The notes under the pieces are model-generated. The model did not search any database and was not told the DNA's origin. It was given only the letters and a program-made list of their open reading frames with translations. The translations under genes and the position numbers were made by a program. Below, piece by piece: positions 1 to 7,518 of a stretch of 10,110 bases of DNA. The number at the start of each line of letters is the position of its first letter. Within the stretch, counting starts at the first letter, position 1. The stretch spans positions 1 through 10,110 of the forward strand of contig JBBQPO010000232.1 in assembly GCA_038217285.1 (NCBI GenBank), read 5' to 3'. Source of the stretch: Chthonomonadales bacterium. GTDB lineage: Bacteria; Armatimonadota; Chthonomonadetes; Chthonomonadales; Chthonomonadaceae.

Positions 1-90
1 GGTCAGCAGAAAAACGCCGACTAGCGCGAGTAGACAGGGAGTGACAAGAATAGGTTGGGGGGAATAAGGCAGCAGGCGCCGAATAGACAT
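1..90 (-). CDS. N-terminus of a probable secreted/membrane protein (partial, runs off the left edge)
   Basis: ATG at 90-88 is preceded by TAAAGGAGAA (110-101). Manual translation gives MSIRRLLPYSPQPILVTPCLLALVGVFLLT with no stop: a basic N-terminus followed by a hydrophobic stretch, like a signal peptide. Too short for the ORF track. Confidence 0.6.
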   Translation of the reverse strand, partial: MSIRRLLPYSPQPILVTPCLLALVGVFLLT

Positions 91-309
91 AGAGACCTTT
101 TTCTCCTTTACTGGTAGCGCGATGAGAAATTTGCCCTAACCCTTTTTAAGAGATCCAGCAAGGTCTTATCGGGCTACGGGCCTTATGATCTCTGCCGATG
201 CGTTCATCGGAACCGAGAGAGTTGCAAAGACGTATGCTCACCATCTTACCCTGTTTACGCTCGATTTTCGTTACAGGCGAGCTATCAGTACACTTTTGTG
301 ACGATCTTG

Positions 310-1440
310 TCAACCGTTGGTATCGCTCTCGTCAGCGACATCGGCAGGCGGCTCTGTTCGCAAGAGGCGCATCAGTTGCGTCATATAGTGGAGATTGTGC
401 AGGGTGGCTAGGCGATAGTAGAGCGTCTCCCCGCACTTGTGAAGGTGACGCAGGTAGCCGATAGAGTAGCGGGTGCAGGTGGGGCAGGGGCAGTTGGGAT
501 AGACCGGACGGTCGGTCTTGATATGCTTGTCGTCGTCTATATAGAGGTAACGGAACCAGGGACCGGACAGTCGGAAGTCGGATGCCGTTGGGTCGGAGGG
601 GAAGGTGTAGAGCCGACCGACACGAGCGTCGCGGGTAGGCAGGGCCGAGTCGAAAAGAGAGTAGCCCATCCGGAAGCAGTCGGTAATGCTGGCGGGATGT
701 CCCACCCCAAGCGCGTGCATAGGGAAAACCTCAGGAATGAAACTGCGGGTTGCGGCCAGCATATCGGCGAGTAGCTTCCCCTCGGCATCGAGGGGCCAGC
801 CTCCGTAACCGTAGCCATCGAAGCCGATCTCCAGCAGTCTCTCCGCGCACTCCCGGCGCAGGTCCAGGGAGCCGCCGCCCTGCACGACCCCGAAGATCAA
901 CGGGCGCGGGGCATCCGGAGCGCGTTTGTGCTGCTTGAGTTGCCGTGAAAACTCGTCTTTGCAGCGCTGCGCCCAGCGCACTGTGCGGTTTACGGAGAGC
1001 CGCTGCTCCTCGGGCGTGTCGTCTACATGGGTGCAGTCGTCCAGGCAAATCACGACGTCCGCGCCGTAGGCCAACTGCAGTTGGATGCTCTTCTCCGGCG
1101 TCAGTTGAAACTCGCGCTCCGCGCCTTCAGGCTTGAAGCGGATGCCGGAATCGCTGAGTTTGCCGAACTTCGGGTTCTGACGGATCAGGGAGTAGGCCTG
1201 GAAGCCACCGGAATCGGTGATAATTGGGTGGGGCCAACCGGCCATGCCGTGCAGCCCGCCCAGCGCCGCGATGGTGGAGGATCCAGGCTTCTGCATGAGA
1301 TGAAACACATTCATCACCACCGCATCGATCCCCACCGTCTCCAAATCGAGCGCATCGACCGAGCGCACCACTCCAAGCGTGGCGTCCGGCAGAAACGTCG
1401 GCAGCGGCACGGTCCCATGCATCAGGGTGAGGCTATTCAT
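310..1440 (-). CDS. tgt: tRNA-guanine transglycosylase (queuine tRNA-ribosyltransferase family), divergent subtype, 376 aa
   Basis: TGT motifs present: [33 protein letters not shown], zinc site CPCPTC...TLHNL. Start reassigned to ATG 1440 ([16 protein letters not shown]), which overlaps the rsmI TAG stop (ATGAATAG). The 1527 start only reads the rsmI tail in another frame. Confidence 0.9.
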   Translation of the reverse strand: MNSLTLMHGTVPLPTFLPDATLGVVRSVDALDLETVGIDAVVMNVFHLMQKPGSSTIAALGGLHGMAGWPHPIITDSGGFQAYSLIRQNPKFGKLSDSGIRFKPEGAEREFQLTPEKSIQLQLAYGADVVICLDDCTHVDDTPEEQRLSVNRTVRWAQRCKDEFSRQLKQHKRAPDAPRPLIFGVVQGGGSLDLRRECAERLLEIGFDGYGYGGWPLDAEGKLLADMLAATRSFIPEVFPMHALGVGHPASITDCFRMGYSLFDSALPTRDARVGRLYTFPSDPTASDFRLSGPWFRYLYIDDDKHIKTDRPVYPNCPCPTCTRYSIGYLRHLHKCGETLYYRLATLHNLHYMTQLMRLLRTEPPADVADESDTNG

Positions 1441-2209
1441 CCGTTTCGTCGGTCTCTGGATCGCCGTTCTCGACGCTGTCTTCCTCCTCGTCGTCCTCGT
1501 CGTCCTCGACTGCTTCGAAGGATCCACCGGGCAGACCGGCGACCACGAGGATATATTCGCCTTTCAGCGACTTTCCGGCGACGGCGGCGAGCAACTCCGA
1601 CAAGGGGCCTCGTTCCATCTTCTCGAACTTTTTGGTCAGGTCGTTGGCAAGAGCCGCCGGGCGGTCACCGTAGACTTCCAGCGCGTCTCGCAGGCAGGAC
1701 TCGAGGCGATGGGGGCTTTCGTAGAAGATCAGCGTGTGGGGGGACCGGCGATCTACGCCGAAAAAGCGTTTACGGGGACCGGGTTTGCGGGGCGGAAATC
1801 CCCGAAAGGTGAAGGAATGGACGGCGAGACCCGAGAGCACCAGGGCCATGATGAGGCCGGTCGGGCCGGGAATCATGGTGAAGGGCAGTTGGGCGTCGAT
1901 GGCTTTGCGGACGATGCGATAGCCGGGATCGGCGATGCCGGGTGTGCCCGCGTCGGTGACGAGCGCGACCTTTTTTCCGGCTCGCAGCAGCTCCAGAATA
2001 CGCTCTCCGGCCCGATCCTCATTGTGTTCGTGAAAGGACATCAATGGTCGGGAGATCTCGAATCGCTTCAACATCATCCCAGTCTTGCGGGTGTCTTCGC
2101 TGGCAATCATATCCACTTCGCGCAGGGTTTCCAGCGCGCGCAGAGAGATGTCGCCGAGGTTTCCGATGGGCGTGGCGACGAGAAAAAGGGAGGGGCCGGT
2201 TTCATCCAT
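1433..2209 (-). CDS. rsmI: 16S rRNA (cytidine-1402-2'-O)-methyltransferase
   Basis: Hallmark motifs [65 protein letters not shown] directly follows the TAA of the upstream gene. Acidic C-terminal tail. Confidence 0.96.
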   Translation of the reverse strand: MDETGPSLFLVATPIGNLGDISLRALETLREVDMIASEDTRKTGMMLKRFEISRPLMSFHEHNEDRAGERILELLRAGKKVALVTDAGTPGIADPGYRIVRKAIDAQLPFTMIPGPTGLIMALVLSGLAVHSFTFRGFPPRKPGPRKRFFGVDRRSPHTLIFYESPHRLESCLRDALEVYGDRPAALANDLTKKFEKMERGPLSELLAAVAGKSLKGEYILVVAGLPGGSFEAVEDDEDDEEEDSVENGDPETDETDE

Positions 2210-3808
2210 TTACGGGCCAGGCGCTCTGAGCGGTGCGACTGGCGTCGTGGTGCCCGGTGCAATGGTCGGCGCTGAGCCGGGAGGTGCGACCAACGGTTTC
2301 GCCAGCGGCCTTTTGGCGGCGTGGGTGCCGACGGCCACAACCGTTGGGAAGGCCTTATAGTGGGAGCGGAACGTCTCGCGCTTCACGACCTGCCCGTTGT
2401 CCTTGATCACCCGTGTCCAGGTGACGCTGATGCCGGGACTGCCACGCTCCTCGACAATGCGGCGTCCGGCAGCCAGATGCGGGTCCGGATGGGTCTCGAC
2501 CGGAGAGCCGAGGTTGACTTCTTTGCCCTTTATCAGTGTGACTTCGCGACCGGGGGTGCGTTTGCCCCAGAGGGTGAAGTTGAGCAGACCACCCCTGGTC
2601 GTGGCGCGAATATAGATCGGCGCGGGCGTATCGTTCTGAAACTGCATGTCGATAGAGCCGTAGGAGGCCGTGGCATCGCGGCCATGCCGCAGATAGCCGA
2701 CCGGCATGGAGTGGTTCTGGCGCTGTACGATTTTCAGGGAGGCCATCAGAGCAGCGTTGAAGAGGGTGCTGGAGACCTGGCAGATACCGCCCCCTTCGCC
2801 CATGACATGTTTGCCGTTGACATACTGCGGCGCCTGCTTGAAGCCAGCCGAGCTGACACGGGGCCCGACAGTTTTGTTATAGGAAAATATTTCACCGGCC
2901 CGCAGCAGGGTGCCGTCGATGCGCCGGGTGGCCAGAACGATATTGTCCCGGCGATTGCGAATGCCGGAATAGTAGGTACTGAACTCCGCGAGCCTGCCAT
3001 CGATCTGTTCCAGATCGGCGGCGGTCAACTCCGGCACGATGATTTTCGGCGTCAGAATCGCTTCAAGGGGTTCGACGGCGGTCGTAGTGTCGTGCGTGGG
3101 CATTGCCGGAGTGTTGTCCGGCGAAACTGCGGCAGGCGTCTGGACGGCCCCAGGCGTCGCCATCGCCGGGTTCAAAAATCGGATCCAGGTCTGAGCGACG
3201 GTCTGGGCGGATGCCTCTTTGTCGAGCGTGATGCCGTTCTTTTCGTGGCGCAGCCCGAATCCGCCGCCTTTGGTGGGCAGTATCTGGGCGCGCTTGGCGG
3301 GGCGATAGATCTCCTGGGCGATCTGGTTGGTCAGGTAAGTGCGAAGCTTCGCCTCATCTACCGACGCGACGGCGGCCACAGGCAGTGTTTTGCCGCCGAT
3401 CCAGTGGGAAACCTGGCCGAACGCTCCCTCATGTCCCATTTTGCCGGCGGCCTCCAGAGTCGCCTGGACATTGATGCCGAGGCCAAGTTTACCGGCGGTC
3501 GGCGTCCAGGATTTCGTGGTCCCGGTGTCGGCGGCGAAATGAAGATTGAGCGGCGTCGCCTGCTGCGTCTCGGCCCAGCGCTCGAGCGCAGTGCGCGCGT
3601 CTTGAAGGGATTTGCCGCCGAGGTCCAGCCTGCCGACATGCACACCGGGCGCGATCTGGTCGTCCGGCACATGGGCCAGGACGCCTATGGCGGCGGCGCT
3701 GAGGCCGGCGGCGAGCAGAGAGGTGATAAGCAAGATACGACGCACGGGCGAGCGTCTGGCAGGTTGGGATAGGGTGGATGTGACGGACACGTTAAAATTA
3801 GACCTCAC
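2210..3808 (-). CDS. VanW-domain protein (N-terminal membrane anchor, putative peptidoglycan-binding region, VanW domain, C-terminal G5-like domain); probable L,D-transpeptidase
   Basis: Hydrophobic anchor [21 protein letters not shown], then [14 protein letters not shown]. VanW motifs [29 protein letters not shown] and RQNHS...GRDAT. G5-like [18 protein letters not shown]...VVAVGT. GTG 3808 overlaps the cysE TGA; GTG 3790 is an alternative start. Confidence 0.88.
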   Translation of the reverse strand: MRSNFNVSVTSTLSQPARRSPVRRILLITSLLAAGLSAAAIGVLAHVPDDQIAPGVHVGRLDLGGKSLQDARTALERWAETQQATPLNLHFAADTGTTKSWTPTAGKLGLGINVQATLEAAGKMGHEGAFGQVSHWIGGKTLPVAAVASVDEAKLRTYLTNQIAQEIYRPAKRAQILPTKGGGFGLRHEKNGITLDKEASAQTVAQTWIRFLNPAMATPGAVQTPAAVSPDNTPAMPTHDTTTAVEPLEAILTPKIIVPELTAADLEQIDGRLAEFSTYYSGIRNRRDNIVLATRRIDGTLLRAGEIFSYNKTVGPRVSSAGFKQAPQYVNGKHVMGEGGGICQVSSTLFNAALMASLKIVQRQNHSMPVGYLRHGRDATASYGSIDMQFQNDTPAPIYIRATTRGGLLNFTLWGKRTPGREVTLIKGKEVNLGSPVETHPDPHLAAGRRIVEERGSPGISVTWTRVIKDNGQVVKRETFRSHYKAFPTVVAVGTHAAKRPLAKPLVAPPGSAPTIAPGTTTPVAPLRAPGP

Positions 3809-4617
3809 TCATTATCATCGACGAACGGCGGACAGGCGTAATCGGCGTCGGACAGATTGTCATCGTCATGGACGCAGAAGGTTTTACGCGGTGATCGGGG
3901 AGCAGGGTCATGGGCATGATAGAGCCCTTCGTGCGTTTCAATACGTTGGATCAGATTCTCCAACTTCTCGCTGTGCTGTTCCAGCAGTTCAAGCCGCTGC
4001 CGCATTTCCCGAATTGTCGCGTCACGCGGATCCACACGGTTGATGATGTTATCCATGACCTGCGCGCCATGATCTTCCTCGAAGCGTTCGCCATTGCGCC
4101 GGACGATACGGCCCGGAATCCCGACGACGGTGCAGTTCGCCGGAATATCTTTATTGACGACCGCATTGGCCCCAATCTTGCAGTAATCACCGATGGTGAT
4201 CGGGCCGAGTATTTTTGCGCCCATGCCGACCAGCACCCCATTTCCGAGCGTGGGATGGCGTTTGGTGCGCTCGATGCTCGTTCCCCCCAGGGTGACTTGG
4301 TGGTAGAGCAGGACGTCGTCGCCGATGATGGCGGTCTCTCCGATGACGACGCCCATGCCGTGATCGATAAAGAAGCGGCGGCCTATCGTGGCACCGGGAT
4401 GGATCTCGATCCCGGTAAAAAAGCGGCTGATCTGGGAGATTCCCCGCGCGAGCAGGCGAAGCCTCCGCAGCCAGAGCCGGTTTGCCACCCGGTGCGCCCA
4501 GAGCGCATGCAGGCCGGGATAGGTGAGGGCTTCCAATCGGTTGCCGGCGGCGGGATCTTTGTCCAGGACAGTCTGTATATCTTCTTTAAGGAGCTGAAAC
4601 ACGGCGATGTATCCCAC
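3805..4617 (-). CDS. cysE: Serine O-acetyltransferase with C-terminal extension
   Basis: Motifs DPAA...[42 protein letters not shown]...KRHPTLG and hexapeptide repeats. The true start may be GTG 4602 (MFQLLKEDI). Confidence 0.95.
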   Translation of the reverse strand: MGYIAVFQLLKEDIQTVLDKDPAAGNRLEALTYPGLHALWAHRVANRLWLRRLRLLARGISQISRFFTGIEIHPGATIGRRFFIDHGMGVVIGETAIIGDDVLLYHQVTLGGTSIERTKRHPTLGNGVLVGMGAKILGPITIGDYCKIGANAVVNKDIPANCTVVGIPGRIVRRNGERFEEDHGAQVMDNIINRVDPRDATIREMRQRLELLEQHSEKLENLIQRIETHEGLYHAHDPAPRSPRKTFCVHDDDNLSDADYACPPFVDDNE

Positions 4618-4641
4618 AGGGTAGACTAATCAGGCTATCGG

Positions 4642-4647
4642 ATTATA
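4642..4647 (-). promoter_or_regulatory. Putative sigma70-type -10 box (TATAAT) for the cysE-vanW-rsmI-tgt operon
   Basis: Perfect TATAAT on the minus strand (plus-strand attata), 24 nt upstream of cysE GTG 4617, in otherwise GC-rich DNA. No canonical -35: GAACTT lies at 17-nt spacing. Confidence 0.55.
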
Positions 4648-4856
4648 CTTGCGTCAGGTAGCAGAAGTTCCAGGCAGGTTCGGGAATCTGTGCTAATACG
4701 ATACAAGTGTAGCATACAATCGTAACTCCGGCAAGGGTTGCTCTGGGAATTGTAGAGACTGTATATCTATGTGTATTGCACATGTTGTGCCAACTCCGGC
4801 AGGAGAACGCGCCGACGACGGCGTAATGGAAACCCAGCACCTGTAAAGGAGAACCG

Positions 4857-5531
4857 ATGTTTACGAATCACCTCACTTCGCCGGCTCATTCGGCCTGCAA
4901 ACTGGCCGTTCTGATCCCGCTGACTCTTGCGCTCTGGGCGGCTCCGCACCGGTCGCTTGCCCAGGGAGCGTCGGACGAGATGTCGCCATTTGGGCAGCGG
5001 CAAGACTCGCTGCATAGTCCGTTTACCGTTCGCCGGGGCGCAGCCGACAACTCGGCGCTCGGGCGTCAATTTCTGGGATTTTTCAACACCGGCGGCTACG
5101 TTCTGACCGGCAACGGGAAAAGCTCTGCACTGTTCGGATCCCCGAAGTTTTACAACAATGTCACCTTCTATTCGCATGCGAAGCGGGTGGGCGGCTTTGA
5201 GATTGCAGGGGGAGCGGAGACGATGCTGCTCAGTGACCACTTCGTCCCGTTTACCGGGGGCAACGAGTACGACCTGCTGGGGGGAAGCGCCAGTATCTCG
5301 ACGCCACGCGCGCTGCATCAGCCGCGCCTCTATGTAAGTGGGGGCCTCTTTTACGGACGTCTGCGCTCCGTAAACCAGGGGTTCGACCATTCGCAGTTCA
5401 TTCCGAGCGGCGCTATCGGCGTCGAGTACCCGCTCTCCGCCTACTTCAGTCTGGATGCCACCTATCGTGTCAGTCAGAATATCAAGGGCATCAATACCGA
5501 TGGGTTCAGTTTCAGCCTCCGCATCCACTAA
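4857..5531 (+). CDS. Probable outer-membrane beta-barrel protein
   Basis: Strong RBS AAAGGAG at 4845-4851. Signal-peptide-like KLAVLIPLTLALWAAPHRSLA-Q. Gly/aromatic-rich amphipathic strands (LYVSGGLFYG, SGAIGVEYPLSAYFSLDATYRV) and a terminal strand GFSFSLRIH. Confidence 0.65.
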   Translation: MFTNHLTSPAHSACKLAVLIPLTLALWAAPHRSLAQGASDEMSPFGQRQDSLHSPFTVRRGAADNSALGRQFLGFFNTGGYVLTGNGKSSALFGSPKFYNNVTFYSHAKRVGGFEIAGGAETMLLSDHFVPFTGGNEYDLLGGSASISTPRALHQPRLYVSGGLFYGRLRSVNQGFDHSQFIPSGAIGVEYPLSAYFSLDATYRVSQNIKGINTDGFSFSLRIH

Positions 5532-5559
5532 ACGGGGCAAGAAGGGGTGACGCGACGGC

Positions 5560-6357
5560 ATGCGCAAACGAGCGCTCTCGGGCCACAGGGCGCGACGTTT
5601 CTCACGGCGGCTGATGGTCTGGTCGGAGCGCCTGGCACTGGGCTCCGTTCTGCTCTGCTTGCTGGGAGTCGGAGGCATCCTCTGGGCCAGTGGCGGTGCG
5701 CGTGTGCTCGGCGCTGCCTTCGCGTTGGGCGGCCTCCTCGGTATCGGCTTTCATGTCCGCACGTTGTGGCAGACACGCGAAGCCCGCCTTCGCCTGCAGC
5801 GTGCTGCGGAACGCCGCCTCGAACTGCAAGCCGCCCGCCGGGACCGTGGGGTGAAGGAACGCCTGCGTCGCCAGACAGAGCAGGAGATCCGCGCCCGCGC
5901 CGCCGAGCGCCTGGAAGAGGCGCGGCGCGCTCAAAAGCAGGTGGCTGCCCGCACGACGCAGGAGCAGGCCAGTCAGCGCGTGGAGCGGGAACGCCGCGTC
6001 GAGCAGGAGGCGCTGCGCATCGCAGCCCTGTCGGACGCCGAGCTTCACCAGGAGATCCCTGGGCTACTGGCCCGACGCGGCTGGCAGCCTGAACCTGCGG
6101 ATAGCGAGTATACCGGTGATTTCCTGCTTCGATCTGAGGAAGGACTCGAGGTGTTGCGCTGCGTACCGGCAGGCAAAAAAGCCGGCAGTGTCGATGTGGC
6201 GGCCGTGGAGGCGTGGCGTGTACAGGCCAGAGCGGAACGCGCCTATCTCGTCGCCACCGCTGGCTTCCTACCCTCCGCCATAGATCGCCTCGGTGCGCTG
6301 CCCCTCACCCTCGTCGAACCCCATCTGCTCGCCCACTGGCAGGAACAGGCGGAGTAG
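5560..6357 (+). CDS. Membrane-anchored protein with coiled coil and C-terminal Mrr-like (PD-(D/E)xK) restriction-endonuclease-fold domain, probably inactive
   Basis: Two hydrophobic segments (aa ~25-65) and an R/E/Q/A-rich helical region (aa ~70-155). The C-terminal region has the Mrr-like pattern LL-x-RRGW, GDFLL, YLVATAGF-x-x-SA and LTLVE-x-x-LL. Confidence 0.65.
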   Translation: MRKRALSGHRARRFSRRLMVWSERLALGSVLLCLLGVGGILWASGGARVLGAAFALGGLLGIGFHVRTLWQTREARLRLQRAAERRLELQAARRDRGVKERLRRQTEQEIRARAAERLEEARRAQKQVAARTTQEQASQRVERERRVEQEALRIAALSDAELHQEIPGLLARRGWQPEPADSEYTGDFLLRSEEGLEVLRCVPAGKKAGSVDVAAVEAWRVQARAERAYLVATAGFLPSAIDRLGALPLTLVEPHLLAHWQEQAE

Positions 6358-6426
6358 GAATGAAGGAAGGGTATCCGTCGCAGGGTACGTATGGAGTCGA
6401 TCCGTTTTCGGGGAGGGCTGTTGCAG

Positions 6427-7467
6427 ATGCATAGTGTGATCGATTTGAGAAGTGATACGGTAACGCGCCCGACGACTGCCATGCGAGCCGAGATGGCGGC
6501 CGCGGAGGTGGGGGACGATGTCTACGAAGACGACCCGACTGTCAACGCCCTGCAGAAGGAGGCCGCTCTTCTGATGGGCAAAGAGGCGGGCCTTTTTGTG
6601 CCGTCCGGGACGATGGGCAACGCGCTGGCCCTGATGACTCATACGCAGCCGGGCGATGAGGTGCTGATGGACTCCGAAGCCCACTCCATGCTCTACGAGG
6701 TCGGGCTGCCCGCGACCCTGGCGCATGTGCTGACCCGGCAGTTCCGCAGTACGGCCGGTGTGCCGGATGTGGAGGAGATCGCTGGCTATATCCACGGCAG
6801 CAACCTCCATGCCCCCGGCACGTCGCTGATCGTTCTGGAGAATACGCACAACCGGGCGGGAGGAACGGTCATTCCTCTGGAGGTGCATCGGGCCGTGCAG
6901 GAACTGGCGAAGGCGCACGGATTAGCGGTGCATCTGGACGGGGCGCGGCTGTTCAATGCGGCCATCGCCACCGGCATTCCGGCGGCGGATTTTGCGGCCT
7001 GCACGGACAGTGTGACCTTCTGCCTCTCGAAAGGACTGGGCTGCCCGGTCGGATCGGTGTTGTGCGGCACCCACGTTTTCGTCGAACGGGCGCGGCGTTT
7101 CCGCAAAATGCTCGGCGGCGGAATGCGACAGGCAGGAATCCTGGCGGCAGCGGGCCGGTACGCGTTGCAGAATAATATCGAGCGACTTGCGGAGGATCAT
7201 CGACACGCGCGCCGCCTGGCGGAAGGCATGGCCGCCTTGCCGGGAATCACGGTGGAGACGCGTGATACGCCCACGAATATGGTCTATTTCCGGACGCGGA
7301 TCCCTGCCGCGCAGTTCGCCGACATGCTGGCCGGACACGATATACTGTGCGGGGTCACTGGGCCTAACCGCATCCGCATGGTCACGCATCTCGACATCGA
7401 TTCCGAAGACATCGACCGCGCCGTTACGATCCTGCAAAAGACAGCGACAGAAATAGTGAGGCCGTGA
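6427..7467 (+). CDS. ltaE: Low-specificity L-threonine aldolase (PLP-dependent)
   Basis: Motifs [57 protein letters not shown] (PLP lysine), [29 protein letters not shown] at ~6409-6416 favours ATG 6427 over ATG 6391. Confidence 0.95.
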   Translation: MHSVIDLRSDTVTRPTTAMRAEMAAAEVGDDVYEDDPTVNALQKEAALLMGKEAGLFVPSGTMGNALALMTHTQPGDEVLMDSEAHSMLYEVGLPATLAHVLTRQFRSTAGVPDVEEIAGYIHGSNLHAPGTSLIVLENTHNRAGGTVIPLEVHRAVQELAKAHGLAVHLDGARLFNAAIATGIPAADFAACTDSVTFCLSKGLGCPVGSVLCGTHVFVERARRFRKMLGGGMRQAGILAAAGRYALQNNIERLAEDHRHARRLAEGMAALPGITVETRDTPTNMVYFRTRIPAAQFADMLAGHDILCGVTGPNRIRMVTHLDIDSEDIDRAVTILQKTATEIVRP

Positions 7468-7518
7468 CAGCCGTTCCGGCAATGAACGCTCTCGTCCACG
7501 CCTGCGTAGAGATCTAAT

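Noticed and set aside
91-309. Known riboswitch (preQ1, SAM-I, c-di-GMP-I) next to tgt
   Set aside because: Only fragments of the consensus motifs are present (GGUUC, GCCCGAU, GGCAAA), and the region is downstream, not upstream, of tgt.
1441-1527. 29-aa N-terminal extension of TGT in the ORF track
   Set aside because: It is an alternative-frame reading of the rsmI acidic tail; ATG 1440 matches the normal TGT start position.
1027-2275. Plus-strand ORFs of 261 and 298 aa
   Set aside because: Antisense to well-supported tgt and rsmI, with no domain signal.
2321-3772. 483-aa plus-strand ORF
   Set aside because: Antisense shadow of the VanW gene, expected in GC-rich DNA; no recognisable motifs.
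2210-3808. Vancomycin-resistance cluster
   Set aside because: No vanH/A/B/X/R/S genes nearby; VanW domains are widespread outside resistance loci.
3910-4629. 239-aa plus-strand ORF
   Set aside because: Antisense shadow of cysE.
4767-5678. 303-aa minus-strand ORF
   Set aside because: Arg-rich and opposite a gene with a strong RBS, signal peptide and barrel pattern.
6360-6434. 24-codon [27 protein letters not shown] overlapping the ltaE start, as a possible leader peptide
   Set aside because: No Thr/Gly codon run and no attenuator structure; cannot be distinguished from chance.
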